Positions 10,531 through 20,175 of a stretch of 64,000 nt of DNA are shown here, one piece after another. The translations under genes were made by a program, and so were the position numbers. Within the stretch, counting starts at the first letter, position 1; every line of letters starts with the position of its first letter. Source of the DNA: Escherichia coli O157:H7 (GTDB taxonomy: Bacteria > Pseudomonadota > Gammaproteobacteria > Enterobacterales > Enterobacteriaceae); the NCBI RefSeq assembly GCF_013167455.1, contig NZ_CP038328.1, one strand, 5' to 3'. The notes beneath the pieces were generated by a model. The model was not told the DNA's origin. It was given only the letters and a program-made list of their open reading frames with translations, and made no database searches.

Positions 10531-10561
10531 GGCCTACAATGCCAGTACAGAATTGTAGGCC
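10531..10561. terminator. hairpin GGCCTACAAT-N11-ATTGTAGGCC between convergent ydjE and pncA (bidirectional terminator or REP-like unit)
   Basis: 10-bp perfect inverted repeat read directly from the sequence. Confidence 0.5.
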
Positions 10562-10570
10562 AGCGTAAAA

Positions 10571-11212
10571 TTACCCCTGCGTCTCTTCCCAGTCTGCCAG
10601 CGTATATAGCGTTGCCCCAGCTGCTGACATCTCCATAAACGCGTGCGCACTGTCCTGGGGCTGGATATTCACGCCACGACAACCATCGGTAATCACGTTT
10701 ACCTTATAACCTAACTGTAACGCGTCCAGCACGGTAAACTTCACGCAATAGTCAGTAGCCAGGCCCATAACGATCAATTCATCGATTTCATGATCGCGTA
10801 ACCAGTCATCGAGAGAGGTTTTCTGCCGACGGCCGTTATCAAAAAAGGCACTGTAACTGTCAACTAAAGGATTTTCGCCTTTATGGAACACCGCTGCGAT
10901 CGCTTTTTGGTTCAGTAACGGATGTAATTGTGCGCCTTCACTGTTCTGCACACAGTGATCTGGCCAGAAGGTTTGTGGCAAACCGTCGAGTTGGCCTGGC
11001 GTATAAGGCTCTACACCGTGCTGGCTGGCAAAACTGCCGTGATTCGCCGGGTGCCAGTCCTGACTGGCGATAACCGCTTCACCGCGCGACTGGCACCAGT
11101 CAATCAGGCGGTTAGCGACATCCACCGTACTGTCACCTTCCGGCACGGCGAGCGCGCCACCAGCACAGAAATCATTTTGTAAATCGACCAGTAACAGGGC
11201 GCGAGGGGGCAT
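10571..11212 (-). CDS. pncA: nicotinamidase/pyrazinamidase
   Basis: 213 codons from MPPRALLLVDLQNDF; isochorismatase-like fold; start 10 bp after the ansA stop. Confidence 0.9.
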   Translation of the reverse strand: MPPRALLLVDLQNDFCAGGALAVPEGDSTVDVANRLIDWCQSRGEAVIASQDWHPANHGSFASQHGVEPYTPGQLDGLPQTFWPDHCVQNSEGAQLHPLLNQKAIAAVFHKGENPLVDSYSAFFDNGRRQKTSLDDWLRDHEIDELIVMGLATDYCVKFTVLDALQLGYKVNVITDGCRGVNIQPQDSAHAFMEMSAAGATLYTLADWEETQG

Positions 11213-11222
11213 TGCAGTCTCC

Positions 11223-12239
11223 TTAATCATCCGGCGTCAGTTCGCCGCGCAGGTTTTGGCTCATGGCCTTGCGAATGGTTTCAGTATCCAGTTCCTGGCT
11301 AAGCAGGTAATGCAGTTTGGTTAGCGTGGCTTCTACAGTCATATCTGCACCGCCAATAACGCCAGCATGGGCGAGGGCGTTACCGGTGGCATAACCACCC
11401 ATATTCACTTTACCGGACATACATTGTGTCAGGTTGACCACCACAATACCGCGATCGCTGGCTTCTTGTAATTCCTGCAGGAAGGCTTTGTTTTGTGGCG
11501 CATTACCCACGCCATAGGAGCGCAGAATCAATGCTTTCACCGGTTGGCGCAGAAAATTGCGCACGACGTCAGCAGAAATCCCTGGATAAATCGTCACTAC
11601 GCCAATTGGTTGTGGGGTGATTGGATGTACGATCAATTCCCCTTCACCGTGCGGGGCGGGTGGCGTATTCAAACGACGAATATGGATACCTGCTTCCAGT
11701 AACGGAGGAAGGTTTGGAGAGGCAAACGCATCAAAACCATCGGCATGGGCTTTGGTAGTGCGGTTGCCGCGATACAGTCGGTTATTAAAAAAGAGTGTTA
11801 CTTCGTTGATCGGATAATTCGCCGCAACGTACAACGCATTCAGCAGATTAATTTGTCCGTCAGAGCGTAACTCAGCCAGCGGGATTTGTGACCCTGTCAC
11901 AATGACCGGTTTACCGAGATTTTCGAGCATGAACGACAGCGCAGAGGCGGTATACGCCATCGTGTCGGTGCCGTGCAGAATGACAAAACCATCATAGTCG
12001 TCATAGTGCGCTTTAATATCTTCAGCAATATGCTGCCAGTCTTCCGGCGTCATATCTGAAGAATCCATCAGCGGCGTATATTCATGAATGGTGAAATCTG
12101 GCATCTCCGGGCGATGGAATTCCGGCATCAGCGCCAGTTGGCGTTGTAGATGACCTGACACCGGTATATAACCCTGCTCGGAACGCTGCATCCCGATGGT
12201 CCCGCCCGTGTAGGCAACGTAAATTGATTTCTTTTGCAT
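11223..12239 (-). CDS. ansA: cytoplasmic L-asparaginase I
   Basis: 338-aa ORF MQKKSIYVAYTGGTIGM..., asparaginase type I threonine-rich active-site N-terminus. Confidence 0.9.
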   Translation of the reverse strand: MQKKSIYVAYTGGTIGMQRSEQGYIPVSGHLQRQLALMPEFHRPEMPDFTIHEYTPLMDSSDMTPEDWQHIAEDIKAHYDDYDGFVILHGTDTMAYTASALSFMLENLGKPVIVTGSQIPLAELRSDGQINLLNALYVAANYPINEVTLFFNNRLYRGNRTTKAHADGFDAFASPNLPPLLEAGIHIRRLNTPPAPHGEGELIVHPITPQPIGVVTIYPGISADVVRNFLRQPVKALILRSYGVGNAPQNKAFLQELQEASDRGIVVVNLTQCMSGKVNMGGYATGNALAHAGVIGGADMTVEATLTKLHYLLSQELDTETIRKAMSQNLRGELTPDD

Positions 12240-12319
12240 GATATTGATATGAATGATATCGAAAGAGCAAAAGTATATACGTGAGGGGCAGCGAGCGCAC
12301 CTGGATACTCTGTGGATAT

Positions 12320-12368
12320 GAGAAAAGTCCGGCAGGACGGAGGGATTAGTGTCCCGCCGGAGAAAAGT
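12320..12368 (-). terminator. intrinsic terminator of the inserted ORF: imperfect hairpin CCGGCGGGAC/GTCCTGCCGG followed by ACTTTTCTC on the minus strand
   Basis: Stem-loop plus T-rich tail immediately after the stop of ORF 12371..13093. Confidence 0.5.
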
Positions 12369-12370
12369 GG

Positions 12371-13093
12371 TTAATCCTGCAACGCATAGGTTACGGTCGT
12401 GACTACGCGTACCGTTTTATTAATCGCCGTAGGATCATCTTCATCACTGCCACTGGCAAAGATCTGGAATACGCCTTGTGAGGCATCGCTAATTGACCCC
12501 ACCTGGCTACCTGAGTCCGTTGCAAATTGTAGTGCGGCGTTGCGTGCATCTTTGGTGGCGGCAGCAATCATCTCAGCGCGCAGTGCGCCAATACCATTAA
12601 AGCGATAGGCGACTTTGCTCTCAGCGATAGCGCCATCCGTAGCGACTTGCAGTTCGTTTAATTTCGCGACGACTTTTTCGACAGCAGCAACATTATGGGT
12701 TTTTATCGTCACTGACCCGTCTGCGTTATAGCGTGGCATTGTGGGATCATCTTTCAGATAAAAGGAATCTGTTCGCTTGCTTGTCCATTGGCCCAGAATT
12801 ATCTCTTTCTCGTTAATCCCCTGAGCATTGAGTTCGGCAACAATTTTTTTCTGCGCTTCTTCCAGTTTCGGGAACAGTTCGCCGGGAACATTACCCTTAA
12901 AGTTAATCGCAATTGTTAATTCCGCCGTATCTGCGCGAACTTCTTTTTCAGAAAGCCCGCGCACATTGACATAACGGTTGTTGGTTTTTAAATGTTTAAC
13001 ACCATCGCCAACAAAATAACCACAGGCGCTAATCCCCAGTCCGAGGACGATAGCGGCAATTAAAGAGGGGGCCTTGTTCACTGATGACTCCAT
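12371..13093 (-). CDS. putative lipoprotein, SIMPL/DUF541-like (periplasmic 26-kDa antigen family); not in the K-12 gene order as I recall it
   Basis: 241 codons from the ATG complement at 13091-13093 (MESSVNKAPSLIAAIVLGLGISACGYF...); signal peptide with lipobox ISAC; the longer ORF-track form begins at a GTG. Confidence 0.65.
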   Translation of the reverse strand: MESSVNKAPSLIAAIVLGLGISACGYFVGDGVKHLKTNNRYVNVRGLSEKEVRADTAELTIAINFKGNVPGELFPKLEEAQKKIVAELNAQGINEKEIILGQWTSKRTDSFYLKDDPTMPRYNADGSVTIKTHNVAAVEKVVAKLNELQVATDGAIAESKVAYRFNGIGALRAEMIAAATKDARNAALQFATDSGSQVGSISDASQGVFQIFASGSDEDDPTAINKTVRVVTTVTYALQD

Positions 13094-13196
13094 ATCAGAT
13101 GCTAAATGAGCAAGGGAATGTAGTGGAGAGAGGGAGTGAAAGACAGTCCGATTCAGGAGTGTGGCCGACAGCATATCGGCCACATTTTTGCAGGAT

Positions 13197-15053
13197 TTAA
13201 CGCACGTTGGCGCAGGTCAGGCAAAACGCATAACGGTTTTGTGGGTCGTTAAACGCCGCCAGCTTGTCGCTTTCACTTTTAACGGTAGAGGCTACCGAGG
13301 CCAGCGGTGCAGGTAACATGGCCTGGAACGCATCTGGCAACATTGCCCGGACAGAACCAGACATGTTGTCCATCACTTTGTCGAAGAAGGTCGGTTCATC
13401 AACGTAGTATTCCAGATGCCACTGTTTCGCTTTTGCCAGCTCTGCTGCTTTGGCGACCGCATCATCGAAATCCCCGAGACTATCGACCAGCCCGTTAGCT
13501 TTTGCGTCCTGACCGGTCCAGACGTGGCCCTGGGCGATTTTATCAATCTGCTCCGGCGTCGAATGACGCGCATCAGCAACCAGCGTGATAAAGCGTTTAT
13601 AGCCATTCTCAATGCTTAACTGCATCATCTGCTGCGCTTCCGGCGGCAGTGCCCTGGTGATAGAAACATCCGCCAGCGGTGAAGTTGAGACACCATCAGT
13701 ATGAACACCAATCGAATCCAGACTATTTTCTACGGTGGTGATCACGCCGAAGATACCAATAGAACCGGTCAGGGTGCTGGGGTTAGCCACAATGTAATTA
13801 GCTGGCGTGGAAATCCAGTAACCACCAGATGCCGCCATGCCGCCCATCGATACAACCACAGGCTTACCCGCTGCCCGGGCTGCTGCCAGTTCAGCGCGAA
13901 TCACTTCAGACGCGGTAACGCTGCCGCCTGGGCTATTAACACGCAGGACAATCGCTTTCACTTTCGGGTCAAGGCGAGCGTCGCGGATTTGTGCCGCAGT
14001 GGTATCACCGCCAACATTCCCCTGAGTTTCCTCGCCATCCATAATTGCGCCATTAGCGAAGACGACACCGATGCTGTCACCGGTATCTGCCGGCGTTTTC
14101 AATGCGTAATCGTAATAACTGATGGCGCGATAATTTTTATCAGCCTTACTCCAGCCGAACTCTTTGGTCAGTGCTTTTTCGATTTCCGCACTCGATGCCA
14201 GTGCATCGACCAGCTTGTTTTCCAGTGCATATTTCGCGGTATCGCCACCGGTTTTGGTTAAACCCTCAAGCAACCCTTGCGCGCCAGGGAATACCTGCTG
14301 AGCAGGGATCTGCCGGTTAGCGGCAACAGTATTCAGATAGTTTTGCCACAGCTCACCAATCCAGCGGCTGTCAGCTTCGCGGGCTGCCGGTGACATGTCA
14401 TCACGAATAAACGGTTCAACGGCAGATTTATACGTACCCACGCGGAACACATGGGTGGAAACTTTCAGCTTATCCAGCAACGATTTGTAGTACAGACCGT
14501 TGGTAGCAAAACCGTGCAAATCCACCACGCCTTGCGGTGACAGCCAAATTTTATTGGCGAAACTGGCGAGATAATATTGCCCCTGGCTGTAGTTCTCGCC
14601 AACGGCATAAACCGGTTTCCCGCTGTCACGAAACTCTTTCAGGGCTTTGCCGATGTACTGCATAGACGGTTGGTCGCCGCCTGCGAAGTTTTTCAGATCC
14701 ATCACGATACCGGTGATATTGCGGTCATCCTTCGCCTGGCGAATGGTATTGACGATATCAAACAGTGAGTTTTCCTGCAGACGATCGGAACTGGCACCAA
14801 GTAGTTGGCGGCTTAATTTACTAAACCGCTGAGAACTGTCGGGTTTATCGACGATCACACCAGAAATGTCCAGCAGCAGTGCACCACGACTGGCCGTTTC
14901 TTTCGAATCACCACCACTGACCTGCATCCAGATCCCCACACCAACCAGCACGAGAAAAATAAAGAACAGGTTAAGTACCATTTCACGGACGAAATTCAGC
15001 AGACGCCACGTCCATTTAAAAAATCCGGCAATAAATCGCCAAAGGGTTCGCAT
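13197..15053 (-). CDS. sppA: signal peptide peptidase A (protease IV)
   Basis: 618 codons from [21 protein letters not shown]; tandem S49 peptidase domains. Confidence 0.9.
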   Translation of the reverse strand: MRTLWRFIAGFFKWTWRLLNFVREMVLNLFFIFLVLVGVGIWMQVSGGDSKETASRGALLLDISGVIVDKPDSSQRFSKLSRQLLGASSDRLQENSLFDIVNTIRQAKDDRNITGIVMDLKNFAGGDQPSMQYIGKALKEFRDSGKPVYAVGENYSQGQYYLASFANKIWLSPQGVVDLHGFATNGLYYKSLLDKLKVSTHVFRVGTYKSAVEPFIRDDMSPAAREADSRWIGELWQNYLNTVAANRQIPAQQVFPGAQGLLEGLTKTGGDTAKYALENKLVDALASSAEIEKALTKEFGWSKADKNYRAISYYDYALKTPADTGDSIGVVFANGAIMDGEETQGNVGGDTTAAQIRDARLDPKVKAIVLRVNSPGGSVTASEVIRAELAAARAAGKPVVVSMGGMAASGGYWISTPANYIVANPSTLTGSIGIFGVITTVENSLDSIGVHTDGVSTSPLADVSITRALPPEAQQMMQLSIENGYKRFITLVADARHSTPEQIDKIAQGHVWTGQDAKANGLVDSLGDFDDAVAKAAELAKAKQWHLEYYVDEPTFFDKVMDNMSGSVRAMLPDAFQAMLPAPLASVASTVKSESDKLAAFNDPQNRYAFCLTCANVR

Positions 15054-15213
15054 GTATTCTCCCAACTTAAGGTCACACCTGTCACAGGCGCAATAGATGT
15101 GGTTATCGTAATGACCCAACCGGCACTTGTCAGCAGGAATTGCGGACTGTGCTGTAACAAAATCCACTCTCGTGTTAATTTTGTGAATAAATATCACGAC
15201 AGGAGTTAATCAA

Positions 15214-15765
15214 ATGGATGCACTCGAACTATTGATCAATCGCCGTAGCGCCTCCCGCCTGGCTGAACCCGCACCAACGGGTGAACAACTGCAAAACATC
15301 CTGCGTGCGGGTATGCGCGCGCCGGACCATAAGTCCATGCAACCGTGGCATTTTTTTGTGATTGAAGGGGAAGGGCGCGAGCGTTTCAGCGCCGTACTGG
15401 AACAGGGGGCGATTGCTGCCGGTAGTGATGACAAAGCTATCGACAAAGCCCGTAATGCGCCGTTCCGCGCACCGCTCATCATCACGGTGGTGGCGAAATG
15501 CGAAGAAAATCATAAAGTCCCGCGATGGGAACAGGAAATGTCTGCCGGATGCGCGGTCATGGCGATGCAAATGGCAGCCGTTGCCCAGGGGTTTGGCGGC
15601 ATCTGGCGCAGTGGCGCATTAACTGAAAGTCCGGTAGTGCGTGAAGCATTCGGTTGCCGTGAGCAGGATAAAATTGTCGGTTTTCTCTACCTCGGCACGC
15701 CGCAGCTGAAAGCATCTACGTCGATAAACGTCCCGGACCCGACGCCGTTTGTCACTTATTTCTGA
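15214..15765 (+). CDS. ydjA: NAD(P)H nitroreductase
   Basis: 183-aa [24 protein letters not shown]..., nitroreductase fold. Confidence 0.9.
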   Translation: MDALELLINRRSASRLAEPAPTGEQLQNILRAGMRAPDHKSMQPWHFFVIEGEGRERFSAVLEQGAIAAGSDDKAIDKARNAPFRAPLIITVVAKCEENHKVPRWEQEMSAGCAVMAMQMAAVAQGFGGIWRSGALTESPVVREAFGCREQDKIVGFLYLGTPQLKASTSINVPDPTPFVTYF

Positions 15766-15881
15766 TAATTGTCGCGAAACTGTCTGGATTGTGAGCAAAG
15801 GCGCAGGAATTCAGACACTCTCACTTATCACTTCACGGAATGAGGGTTACCATACCCGGATTGCATTGACAGGAGATGTCC

Positions 15882-16925
15882 ATGAGCGAGAACTCGATTC
15901 GTTTGACCCAATACAGCCACGGAGCTGGTTGCGGCTGTAAAATTTCCCCAAAAGTGTTGGAAACCATCCTGCACAGTGAGCAGGCGAAGTTTGTTGATCC
16001 GAATTTGCTTGTGGGTAATGAAACCCGCGACGATGCGGCGGTGTACGATCTGGGCAATGGCACCAGCGTTATCAGTACCACCGACTTCTTTATGCCGATC
16101 GTTGATAATCCTTTCGATTTTGGCCGCATTGCGGCGACTAACGCCATCAGCGATATCTTCGCGATGGGGGGCAAACCGATTATGGCAATTGCGATCCTCG
16201 GCTGGCCGATTAACAAACTTTCCCCGGAAATTGCCCGCGAAGTAACCGAAGGTGGACGCTATGCATGCCGTCAGGCGGGTATTGCGCTGGCTGGCGGTCA
16301 CTCCATCGATGCGCCGGAGCCGATTTTTGGTCTGGCGGTAACGGGGATCGTACCGACCGAGCGGGTGAAGAAAAACAGTACCGCACAAGCCGGATGTAAA
16401 CTGTTCCTGACGAAACCGCTGGGGATCGGCGTTCTTACCACGGCTGAGAAAAAATCACTGCTGAAACCAGAACATCAGGGACTGGCGACGGAAGTGATGT
16501 GCCGGATGAACATCGCAGGCGCGTCCTTTGCCAACATTGAAGGCGTAAAAGCGATGACCGACGTAACGGGCTTTGGCCTGCTGGGCCATTTGAGCGAAAT
16601 GTGTCAGGGCGCAGGTGTGCAGGCGCGCGTTGACTATGACGCGATCCCGAAATTGCCGGGGGTTGAAGAGTACATTAAGTTGGGTGCAGTGCCTGGCGGC
16701 ACCGAACGTAACTTTGCCAGCTACGGTCATCTGATGGGTGAAATGCCGCGTGAAGTGCGCGATTTGCTGTGCGATCCGCAAACTTCTGGCGGTTTGCTGC
16801 TGGCGGTCATGCCGGAAGCCGAAAATGAGGTCAAAGCTACAGCCGCCGAGTTTGGCATTGAACTGACGGCGATTGGCGAACTGGTGCCAGCACGCGGCGG
16901 TCGTGCCATGGTTGAGATCCGTTAA
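15882..16925 (+). CDS. selD: selenide, water dikinase (selenophosphate synthetase)
   Basis: 347 codons [23 protein letters not shown] with the glycine-rich Cys/Lys N-terminal motif. Confidence 0.9.
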
Positions 16926-16929
16926 TTCA

Positions 16930-18891
16930 ATGCGGTTGTTTATTGCCGAAAAACCGAGTCTGGCGCGCGCCATTGCTGATGTCCTGCCCAAACCGCACCG
17001 GAAAGGCGATGGCTTTATCGAGTGCGGTAATGGTCAGGTGGTGACCTGGTGTATCGGTCACCTGCTTGAGCAGGCGCAGCCAGACGCCTACGACAGCCGC
17101 TATGCGCGCTGGAATCTTGCGGATTTGCCGATTGTCCCGGAAAAGTGGCAATTACAGCCCCGACCCTCCGTGACCAAACAACTTAACGTCATCAAACGGT
17201 ACCTGCATGAAGCCAGCGAAATCGTTCACGCCGGGGACCCGGATCGCGAAGGGCAACTGCTGGTGGATGAAGTGCTGGACTATCTACAACTGGCACCGGA
17301 AAAGCGCCAGCAGGTGCAGCGTTGCTTGATAAACGACCTGAACCCGCAGGCGGTTGAGCGGGCGATCGACCGTCTTCGTTCCAACAGTGAGTTTGTACCG
17401 CTGTGCGTTTCTGCGCTGGCGCGAGCGCGTGCCGACTGGCTGTACGGCATCAATATGACCCGTGCGTATACCATTCTCGGTCGCAATGCCGGTTATCAGG
17501 GCGTGCTTTCCGTGGGACGCGTGCAGACGCCCGTGCTTGGGCTGGTGGTGCGCCGCGATGAAGAGATTGAAAACTTCGTGGCGAAAGACTTCTTTGAAGT
17601 CAAAGCACATATCGTGACACCTGCCGATGAGCGGTTTACCGCTATCTGGCAACCGAGCGAAGCGTGTGAACCGTACCAGGATGAAGAAGGGCGCTTGTTA
17701 CATCGTCCACTGGCGGAGCATGTGGTTAACCGCATTAGTGGTCAACCGGCTATTGTCACCAGCTATAACGATAAACGGGAATCAGAATCCGCGCCGCTGC
17801 CGTTTTCGCTTTCGGCGTTGCAGATTGAAGCGGCAAAACGCTTTGGTCTGAGCGCGCAGAACGTGCTTGATATCTGCCAGAAGCTGTACGAAACGCACAA
17901 GCTAATCACTTATCCGCGTTCCGATTGTCGCTATTTGCCAGAAGAACATTTTGCCGGACGCCACGCGGTGATGAATGCCATCAGCGTTCATGCACCAGAT
18001 CTGTTGCCGCAGCCAGTGGTAGATCCAGATATACGCAACCGCTGTTGGGATGACAAAAAGGTCGATGCGCACCACGCCATCATTCCGACCGCACGGAGTT
18101 CTGCGATCAACCTGACGGAGAACGAAGCGAAGGTCTATAACCTGATTTCCCGTCAGTATCTGATGCAGTTCTGCCCGGATGCGGTGTTCCGCAAGTGTGT
18201 TATCGAACTGGACATTGCCAAAGGCAAATTTGTCGCTAAAGCGCGTTTTCTTGCTGAAGCAGGCTGGCGCACGCTGTTAGGCAGCAAAGAGCGCGATGAA
18301 GAAAACGACGGTACGCCATTGCCTGTGGTGGCGAAAGGCGATGAGTTGCTGTGTGAAAAAGGTGAAGTGGTAGAGCGGCAAACCCAGCCGCCGCGCCATT
18401 TTACCGATGCAACACTGCTTTCGGCGATGACCGGGATCGCGCGCTTTGTGCAGGACAAAGATCTGAAAAAGATCCTTCGTGCGACCGATGGTCTGGGGAC
18501 AGAAGCAACGCGTGCCGGGATTATTGAACTGTTGTTCAAGCGTGGTTTCCTCATCAAAAAAGGGCGCTATATCCACTCCACCGACGCCGGAAAAGCGTTA
18601 TTCCATTCGCTGCCAGAAATGGCTACGCGACCGGACATGACCGCGCACTGGGAATCGGTGCTGACGCAAATCAGCGAAAAGCAGTGTCGCTATCAGGACT
18701 TTATGCAGCCGCTGGTGGGGACGCTATATCAGCTTATTGATCAAGCCAAACGTACTCCGGTGCGGCAGTTTCGCGGCATTGTGGCTCCGGGCAGTGGTGG
18801 CAGTGCTGATAAGAAAAAGGCTGCACCGCGTAAACGTAGTGCGAAAAAAAGTCCGCCAGCAGATGAAGCCGGAAGCGGGGCGATAGCGTAA
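16930..18891 (+). CDS. topB: DNA topoisomerase III
   Basis: 653 codons from [19 protein letters not shown] (Toprim start); lysine/arginine-rich C-terminal tail. Confidence 0.9.
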   Translation: MRLFIAEKPSLARAIADVLPKPHRKGDGFIECGNGQVVTWCIGHLLEQAQPDAYDSRYARWNLADLPIVPEKWQLQPRPSVTKQLNVIKRYLHEASEIVHAGDPDREGQLLVDEVLDYLQLAPEKRQQVQRCLINDLNPQAVERAIDRLRSNSEFVPLCVSALARARADWLYGINMTRAYTILGRNAGYQGVLSVGRVQTPVLGLVVRRDEEIENFVAKDFFEVKAHIVTPADERFTAIWQPSEACEPYQDEEGRLLHRPLAEHVVNRISGQPAIVTSYNDKRESESAPLPFSLSALQIEAAKRFGLSAQNVLDICQKLYETHKLITYPRSDCRYLPEEHFAGRHAVMNAISVHAPDLLPQPVVDPDIRNRCWDDKKVDAHHAIIPTARSSAINLTENEAKVYNLISRQYLMQFCPDAVFRKCVIELDIAKGKFVAKARFLAEAGWRTLLGSKERDEENDGTPLPVVAKGDELLCEKGEVVERQTQPPRHFTDATLLSAMTGIARFVQDKDLKKILRATDGLGTEATRAGIIELLFKRGFLIKKGRYIHSTDAGKALFHSLPEMATRPDMTAHWESVLTQISEKQCRYQDFMQPLVGTLYQLIDQAKRTPVRQFRGIVAPGSGGSADKKKAAPRKRSAKKSPPADEAGSGAIA

Positions 18892-19018
18892 GCGAGCGAA
18901 TCTTTCGTGCTATTCGAGTCATATTCTGAAATATCCAGCGGATCAAGAAAATTCGTTGGATATTTTTTTTGCATGGATAAAATTATCGCCTCTAAAGTAT
19001 GTAATAACAGGGAATGTG

Positions 19019-20059
19019 ATGAAAAAAGTTTTATTACAAAACCATCCTGGGAGCGAGAAGTATTCTTTTAATGGCTGGGAAATATTTAATAGTAATTTTG
19101 AACGGATGATTAAAGAAAATAAGACCATGCTGCTTTGTAAGTGGGGGTTTTATTTAACATGTGTTGTCGCTGTAATGTTTGTATTCGCAGCGATAACATC
19201 CAACGGTTTGAATGAAAGAGGCCTGATTACCGCGGGATGCTCTTTTCTTTATCTATTAATTATGATGGGGCTTATTGTTCGGGCCGGTTTTAAAGCAAAA
19301 AAAGAACAGCTGCATTATTATCAGGCTAAAGGTATTGAGCCGCTCAGTATCGAGAAATTACAGGCGCTACAATTGATCGCACCTTATCGATTCTATCATA
19401 AGCAATGGTCTGAAACGCTGGAGTTCTGGCCGCGAAAGCCTGAACCTGGCAAAGATACCTTCCAATATCATGTGCTTCCTTTTGACTCGATCGATATCAT
19501 AAGTAAAAGACGCGAGTCTTTAGAGGAACAATGGGGTATCGAAGATAGCGAAAGTTATTGTGCCTTAATGGAGCATTTTCTTTCTGGCGACCATGGAGCC
19601 AATACCTTTAAAGCAAACATGGAGGAAGCCCCAGAGCAGGTTATCGCCTTGTTGAATAAATTTGCTGTTTTTCCCTCAGACTATATCTCTGATTGCGCTA
19701 ATCATAGCTCCGGTAAATCCTCGGCGAAGCTAATATGGGCGGCGGAATTATCATGGATGATCTCGATATCAAGCACAGCTTTTCAAAACGGGACAATTGA
19801 AGAAGAACTGGCCTGGCATTATATAATGCTTGCTTCTCGAAAGGCGCACGAGTTGTTCGAAAGCGAAGAAGATTATCAAAAAAATAGTCTAATGGGATTT
19901 CTTTACTGGCATATCTGCTGCTATCGCAGAAAGTTAACGGATGCTGAACTTGAAGCTTGTTATCGTTACGACAAGCAGTTTTGGGAGCACTACAGTAAGA
20001 AATGCCGTTGGCCCATAAGAAATGTTCCCTGGGGAGCATCATCCGTTAAATACTCATAA
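19019..20059 (+). CDS. ynjI: inner-membrane protein of unknown function (DUF1266)
   Basis: 346 codons from the ATG at 19019 (MKKVLLQNHPGSEKY...); AT-richer than its neighbours; the ORF-track form starts at a TTG 63 bp upstream. Confidence 0.75.
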   Translation: MKKVLLQNHPGSEKYSFNGWEIFNSNFERMIKENKTMLLCKWGFYLTCVVAVMFVFAAITSNGLNERGLITAGCSFLYLLIMMGLIVRAGFKAKKEQLHYYQAKGIEPLSIEKLQALQLIAPYRFYHKQWSETLEFWPRKPEPGKDTFQYHVLPFDSIDIISKRRESLEEQWGIEDSESYCALMEHFLSGDHGANTFKANMEEAPEQVIALLNKFAVFPSDYISDCANHSSGKSSAKLIWAAELSWMISISSTAFQNGTIEEELAWHYIMLASRKAHELFESEEDYQKNSLMGFLYWHICCYRRKLTDAELEACYRYDKQFWEHYSKKCRWPIRNVPWGASSVKYS

Positions 20060-20069
20060 ACGCCTGAAA

Positions 20070-20168
20070 TTTTGCCGGGGGCGCTGCGCTTGCCCGGCCT
20101 ACATTAGAGCGTAACTGCAATGAATTGTGCCCATTTGTAGGCCTGATAAGCGTAGCGCCATCAGGCAT
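20070..20168. repeat. BIME/REP cluster (two palindromic units)
   Basis: GCCGGGGGCGCTGCGCTTGCCCGGCCTACA and TGTAGGCCTGATAAGCGTAGCGCCATCAGGC match the REP palindromic-unit consensus; lies between convergent ynjI and gdhA. Confidence 0.7.
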
Positions 20169-20175
20169 TTACAAC

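Noticed and set aside
12240-13196. Considered whether the extra DNA between sppA and ansA is an insertion sequence
   Set aside because: There is no transposase-like ORF and no terminal inverted repeats; the single ORF looks like a lipoprotein and the GC content is native-like. Only the 9-bp direct repeat near the terminator hints at a mobility footprint.
13701-14261. 186-aa plus-strand ORF
   Set aside because: Antisense inside sppA; Cys/His/Arg-rich low-complexity product typical of shadow frames.
15054-15197. 48-codon upstream extension of sppA in the ORF track
   Set aside because: The MRTLWRF start gives the expected N-terminal membrane anchor; the extension is open reading frame without a start signal.
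15828-16388. 186-aa minus-strand ORF
   Set aside because: Antisense to selD, whose identity is secure.
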